This document shows positions 59,410-64,000 of a DNA stretch of 64,000 bases, piece after piece. Source of the DNA: Squalus acanthias (Eukaryota); the NCBI GenBank assembly GCA_030390025.1, contig CM059432.1, positions 79,672,001 through 79,736,000 of the forward strand, written 5' to 3'. The notes beneath the pieces were generated by a model, which was not told where the DNA came from, ran no database searches, and saw only the letters and a list, made by a program, of their open reading frames with translations. Numbering within the stretch: position 1 is the stretch's first letter; each line of letters opens with the position of its first letter. Position numbers and translations under genes: made by a program.

Positions 59410-62400
59410 AAACATAGAAACATAGAAGATAGGAGCAGGAGTAGGCCATTCGGCCCCTTGAGCGTGTTCCGCCATTTAATGAGATCATGGCTGATCATCC
59501 AAATTCAGTACCCTGTCCCTGCTTTCTCCCCATATCCCTTGATCCCTTTAGCCGTAAGAAATATATCTAACTCCTTCTTGAACATATTTAATGAATTGGC
59601 CTCAACTGCCTTCTGTGGTAGAGAATTCCACAGGTTCACCACTCTCTCGGTGAAGAAATTCCTCCTCATCTCAGTCCTAAATGGCTTACCCCTTATCATT
59701 AGACTGTGACCCCTGGTTCTGGACTCCCCCGCCATCGGGAACATCCTTCCTGCATCTAGTCTGTCTAGTCCTGTTAGAATTTTATAAGTTTCAATGAGAT
59801 CCCCTCTCATTCTTCTAAACTCTAGCGAATATTAGCCTAATCGACCCAATCTCTCTTCATACGTCATTCCTGCCATGCCAGGTATCAGTCTGGTGAATCT
59901 TCGCTGCACTCCCTCCATGGCAAGAACATCCTTCCTCAGATAAGGCGACCAAAACTGCACACAATACTCAAGGTGTGGTCTCACCAAGGCCCTGTACAAC
60001 TGCAGCAAGACATCCTTGCTCCTGTACTCGAATCCTCTCGCTATGAAGGCCAACATACCATTTGCCGCCTTAACCGCCTGCTGCACCTGCATGCTAACCT
60101 TCAGCGACTGGTGCACAAGGACACCCATGTCTCGTTGCACTTCCCCTTTTCCCAATCTATTGCCGTTCAGATAATAATCTGTCTTCCTGTTTTTGCCACC
60201 AAAGTGGATAACCTCGCATTTATCCACATTATTCTGCATCTGCCATGCATCTGCCCGATCACCCAACCTGTCCAAATCATACTGGAGTTTCTCTGCATCC
60301 TCCTCACAACACACATGCCCACCCAGCTTTGTGTCATCTGCAAACTTGGAGATATTACATCTAGTTCCCTCGTCTAGATCATTAATATATATTGTGAATA
60401 GCTGGGGTCCTAGCACCGATCCCTGCGTTACCCCACTAGTCACTGCCTGCCACTCGGAAAAAGACCCGTTTATTCCAACTCTTTGCTTCCTGTCTGCCAA
60501 CCAGTTCTCTATCCAAGTCAGTACCTTACCCCAATCCCATGTGCTTTAACTTTGCACGCTAATCTCTTATGCGGGACCTTATCGAAAGCCTTTTGGAAGT
60601 CCAAATACACCACATCCACTGGCCTTATCTATCCTACCAGTTACATCCTCAAAAAATTCCAGTAGATTAGTCAAGCATGATTTACCTTTTGTAAATCCAT
60701 GTTGACTTTGTCCGATCCTGTCACTGTTTTCCAAGTGCTCTGCTATTGCATCTTTTATAATGGACTCTAGCATTTTCTCCACTACCGATGTCCGGCTTAC
60801 CGGTCTATAATTCCCCGTTTTCTCTCTACCACCTTTTTAAAATAGTGGGGTTACATTAGCTACCCTCCAATCCATAGGAACTGTTCCAGAGTCCATAGAA
60901 TTTTGGAAGATGACCAGCAATGCATCTACTATTTCTAGGGCCACTTCCTTAAATATCCTAGGATGTAGATTATCAGGCCCCGGGGATTTTCGGCCTTCAA
61001 TCCCGTCAATTTCCCTAACACCATTTCCCTACAAATACTGATTTAATTCAGTTCCTCCCTCTCATTAGACCCTATGTTCCCCGACATCTCTGGGAGGTTT
61101 TTTGTGTCCTCCTTTGTGAAGACAGAACCAAAGTATGTATTTAATTGGTCTGCCATTTCTTTGTTCCCCATTATAAATTCCCCTGATTCTGACTGCAAGG
61201 GACCTACACTTGACTTCACCAATCTTTTTCTCTTCACATATCTATAGAAGCTTTTACAGTCAGTTTTTATGTTCCCTGCAAGCTTACTCTCATATTCTAT
61301 TTTCCCCCTCTTAATTAATCCCTTTGTCCTCCTTTGCTGAATCCTAAACTGCTCCCAATCCTCAAGTTTGCTGCTTTTTCTGGCCAATTTATATGTCCTC
61401 TCCTTGGATCTTATGCTATCCCTAATTTCCCTTGTTAGCCACGGTTGAGTCACCTTTTTTGTTTTATTTTTATGCCAAACAGGAATGAACAAATTCTGTA
61501 GTTCATCCATGCGATCTTTAAATGTTTGCCATTGCCTATCCACCATCAACCCTTTAAAGTAATGTTCCCCAATCCATCCTAGCCAACTCGCGCCTCATAC
61601 CATCGTAGTTTCCTTTATTTAAATTAATGACCCTAGTCTCTGAGTCAACTACTTCACTCTCAATGAAGAATTCGATCATATTATGATCGCTCCTCCCCAA
61701 GGGGCCTCGCACAACAAGATTGCTAATTAACCCTTTCTCATTACATAATACCCAGTCTAAGATGGCCTGATCTCTAGTTGGTTCCTCGACATATTGGTCC
61801 AGGAAACCATCCCGTATACACTCTAGGAATTCCTCCTCCACAGTATTGTTACTAATTTGGTTAGCCCAATCTATATGTAGATTAAAGTCACCCATGATAA
61901 CTGCTGTGCCCTTATTGCATGCGTCTCTAATTTCCCATTTAATGCCATCCCCAACCTCAGCATTACTGTTTGGGGGTCTGTATACAACTCCCACTAACGT
62001 TTTCTGCCCCTTGGTATTTCTCAGCTCTACCCATACAGATTCCACATCATCAGAGCTAATATCCTTCCTTACTATTGTGTTAATCTCCTCTTTAACCAGC
62101 AATGCTACCCCACCTCCTTTTCCTTTTTGTCTGTCCTTCCTGAATATTGAATACCCCTGGATGTTGAATTCCCAGCCTTGGTCACCCTGGAGCCATGTCT
62201 CCGCCAATTATATCATATCCGTTTACATCTATTTGCGCAGCTAATTCATCCACCTTATTACGAATGCACCTCGCATTAAGGCACAAAGCCTTCAGGCTTG
62301 TTTTTTTAACACTCTTAGACCTTTTAGAATTATTATTTACTGTATCCCTGTTTGATTTAAACCCTTGATTTCTCTGCCTTCCACTTTTGCTTTTCTCCTT

Positions 62401-63790
62401 CCTGTCTTTTGTTTCTATCCTTGCTTTCCTTTCCTCTGTTTCCCTGCACAGGTTCCCAACCCCCTGCCATTTTAGTTTAATCCCTCCCCAACAGCACTAG
62501 CAAACACTCCTCCTAGGACATCGGTTCCGGTCCTGCCCAGGTGCAAACCGTCCAGTTTGTACTAGTCCCACCTCCCCCAGAACCGGTTCCAATGTCCCAG
62601 GAATTTGAATCCCTCCCCCTTGCACCATTCCTCTAGCCACGTATTCATCTGAAATATCCTTCTATTTCTACTCTGACTAGCACGTGGCACTGGTAGCAAT
62701 CCTGAGATTACTACCTTTGAGGTCCTATTTTTTAATTTACCCCCTAACTCCCTATATTCAGCTTTTAGGACCTCATCCAGTTTTTTACCTATATCGTTGG
62801 TACCTATATGCACCATGACAACTGGCTGTTCACCCTCCCCCTCCAGAATGCCCTGCAGCTGCTCCGAGACATCCTTGACCCTTGCACCAGGGAGGCAACA
62901 TACCATCCTGGAGTCTCGTTTGCAGCCGCAGAAACGCCTATCTATTCCCCTTACAATAGAATCCCCGATCACTATAGCTCTCCCGCTCTTTTTCCTCCCG
63001 TCCTGTGCAGCAGAACCACCCATGGTGCCAGGAAGTTGGCTGCTGCTGCCTTCCCCCGATAAGCCATCTCCCTCAACAATATCCAAAGTGGTATATCTGT
63101 TTGAGAGGGGGTTGTCCACAGGGGACCCCTGCACTACCTGCCTGCGCCTACTAATCTGCCTGGCGGTCACCCATTCCCTTCCTGCCTGTGCAGCCTTTAC
63201 CTGCGGTATGACCAACTCATTAAACGTGCTATCCACGTTGTCCTCAGCATCGCGAATACTGCAATATGTATCCATTTGCAGCTCCAGCGCCGCAATGCGG
63301 TCTGCCAGTAGCTGCAGCTGGATACACTTCCCGCACACATGGTCGTCTGGGACACGTGAAATGTCCCTGATTCCCCACATAGTGCAGGAGGAGCATGCCA
63401 CGGGGCTGAGCTGTGTTGTCATGACTTACACTTTAATTAATTTAAATTAAATCAAATCAATACCACTAATTACACTACAATTAAATGATATACTCAAGGC
63501 CCCTTGTTTACTAGCACTCCCCGCTACACAACAGAGACCTTAGAAACTATAACCACAAAATTTAAAACCTTCTAAACTTTATAAACTATTAACCTTAACT
63601 GTCAAACTATAGAGTAGTATAAATACTTACCTGGTCGTACTCACCCAATCAGCTGCTTCCTCTTGCCCGCGTCACTTTTTGAATCGTGACGTGGCTCTGG
63701 AACGCCGCCACCGGTCTGCGAGATTGGTAAGCCTCTGAAAAAAGCCCGTGAAAGTGAGTTTAAATACTCACTGTTCTCTCCTGTTGCTCC
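59410..63790 (-). mobile_element. Near full-length CR1 LINE: ORF1 (~62480-63422; zinc finger/coiled coil + SGNH esterase) and disrupted ORF2 (EN-RT)
   Basis: ORF1 CSSC..HVCGKC, IGDSIVRG, HIGTNDIG, and DGLH after a stop at 62562; ORF2 EN/RT motifs 59505-62280; (TTCTATGT)n tail. 5' boundary approximate. Confidence 0.93.
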
Positions 63791-63954
63791 CGACACTGGC
63801 CTCATTTGAAGTCATTTTATTCTATTAGTGATGCCCCATTAATCTTATTATCTTTCAGACAGGAGAGGTAATGAGAATTTATCCTGTCTCTGGAAGCATG
63901 CTGTACAGTAGATTCATACTGCATAGTAGTTGGGGATTATATTTGGAAGAGTAA

Positions 63955-64000
63955 GGGGGAAAAATTCAGTTGGTTGCGCCTCCCGTTAGTGCCTTAAGAG
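63955..64000. mobile_element. Probable start of another Harbinger-like element
   Basis: TAA|GGGGGAAAAATTCAG, resembling 36327. Confidence 0.45.

Noticed and set aside
62797..63450. 217-aa plus-strand ORF and similar shadow ORFs
   Set aside because: Antisense shadows of LINE coding frames.

Overview
Eukaryotic, repeat-rich genomic DNA, inferred to be cartilaginous fish (shark) from HE1-like V-SINE, Deu-domain SINEs and abundant CR1/L2/RTE LINEs. The only host gene I can support is the 5' part of CSPP1 on the + strand: a CpG-rich promoter and probable first exon ending at 3492, then ten GT-AG coding exons from 13721 to 57850. These splice in frame to 365 codons, and the gene continues past the window. 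Introns and upstream DNA hold PIF/Harbinger elements and MITEs, hAT elements with 8-bp TSDs, a solo LTR, many CR1 copies (one near full length with an esterase ORF1), L2, RTE, SINEs, and Penelope-type ends with hammerhead-like cores. The most unusual object is a 3.2-kb single-ORF endonuclease/RT LINE (10329-13523, - strand). It begins with a tRNA-like box A/box B head, is almost free of TTTT Pol III terminators on its sense strand, and has a structured leader with no in-frame AUG, so it is a candidate Pol III-transcribed, cap-independently translated LINE. All family assignments are by-eye recognition; no searches were run, and repeat boundaries without TSDs are approximate.
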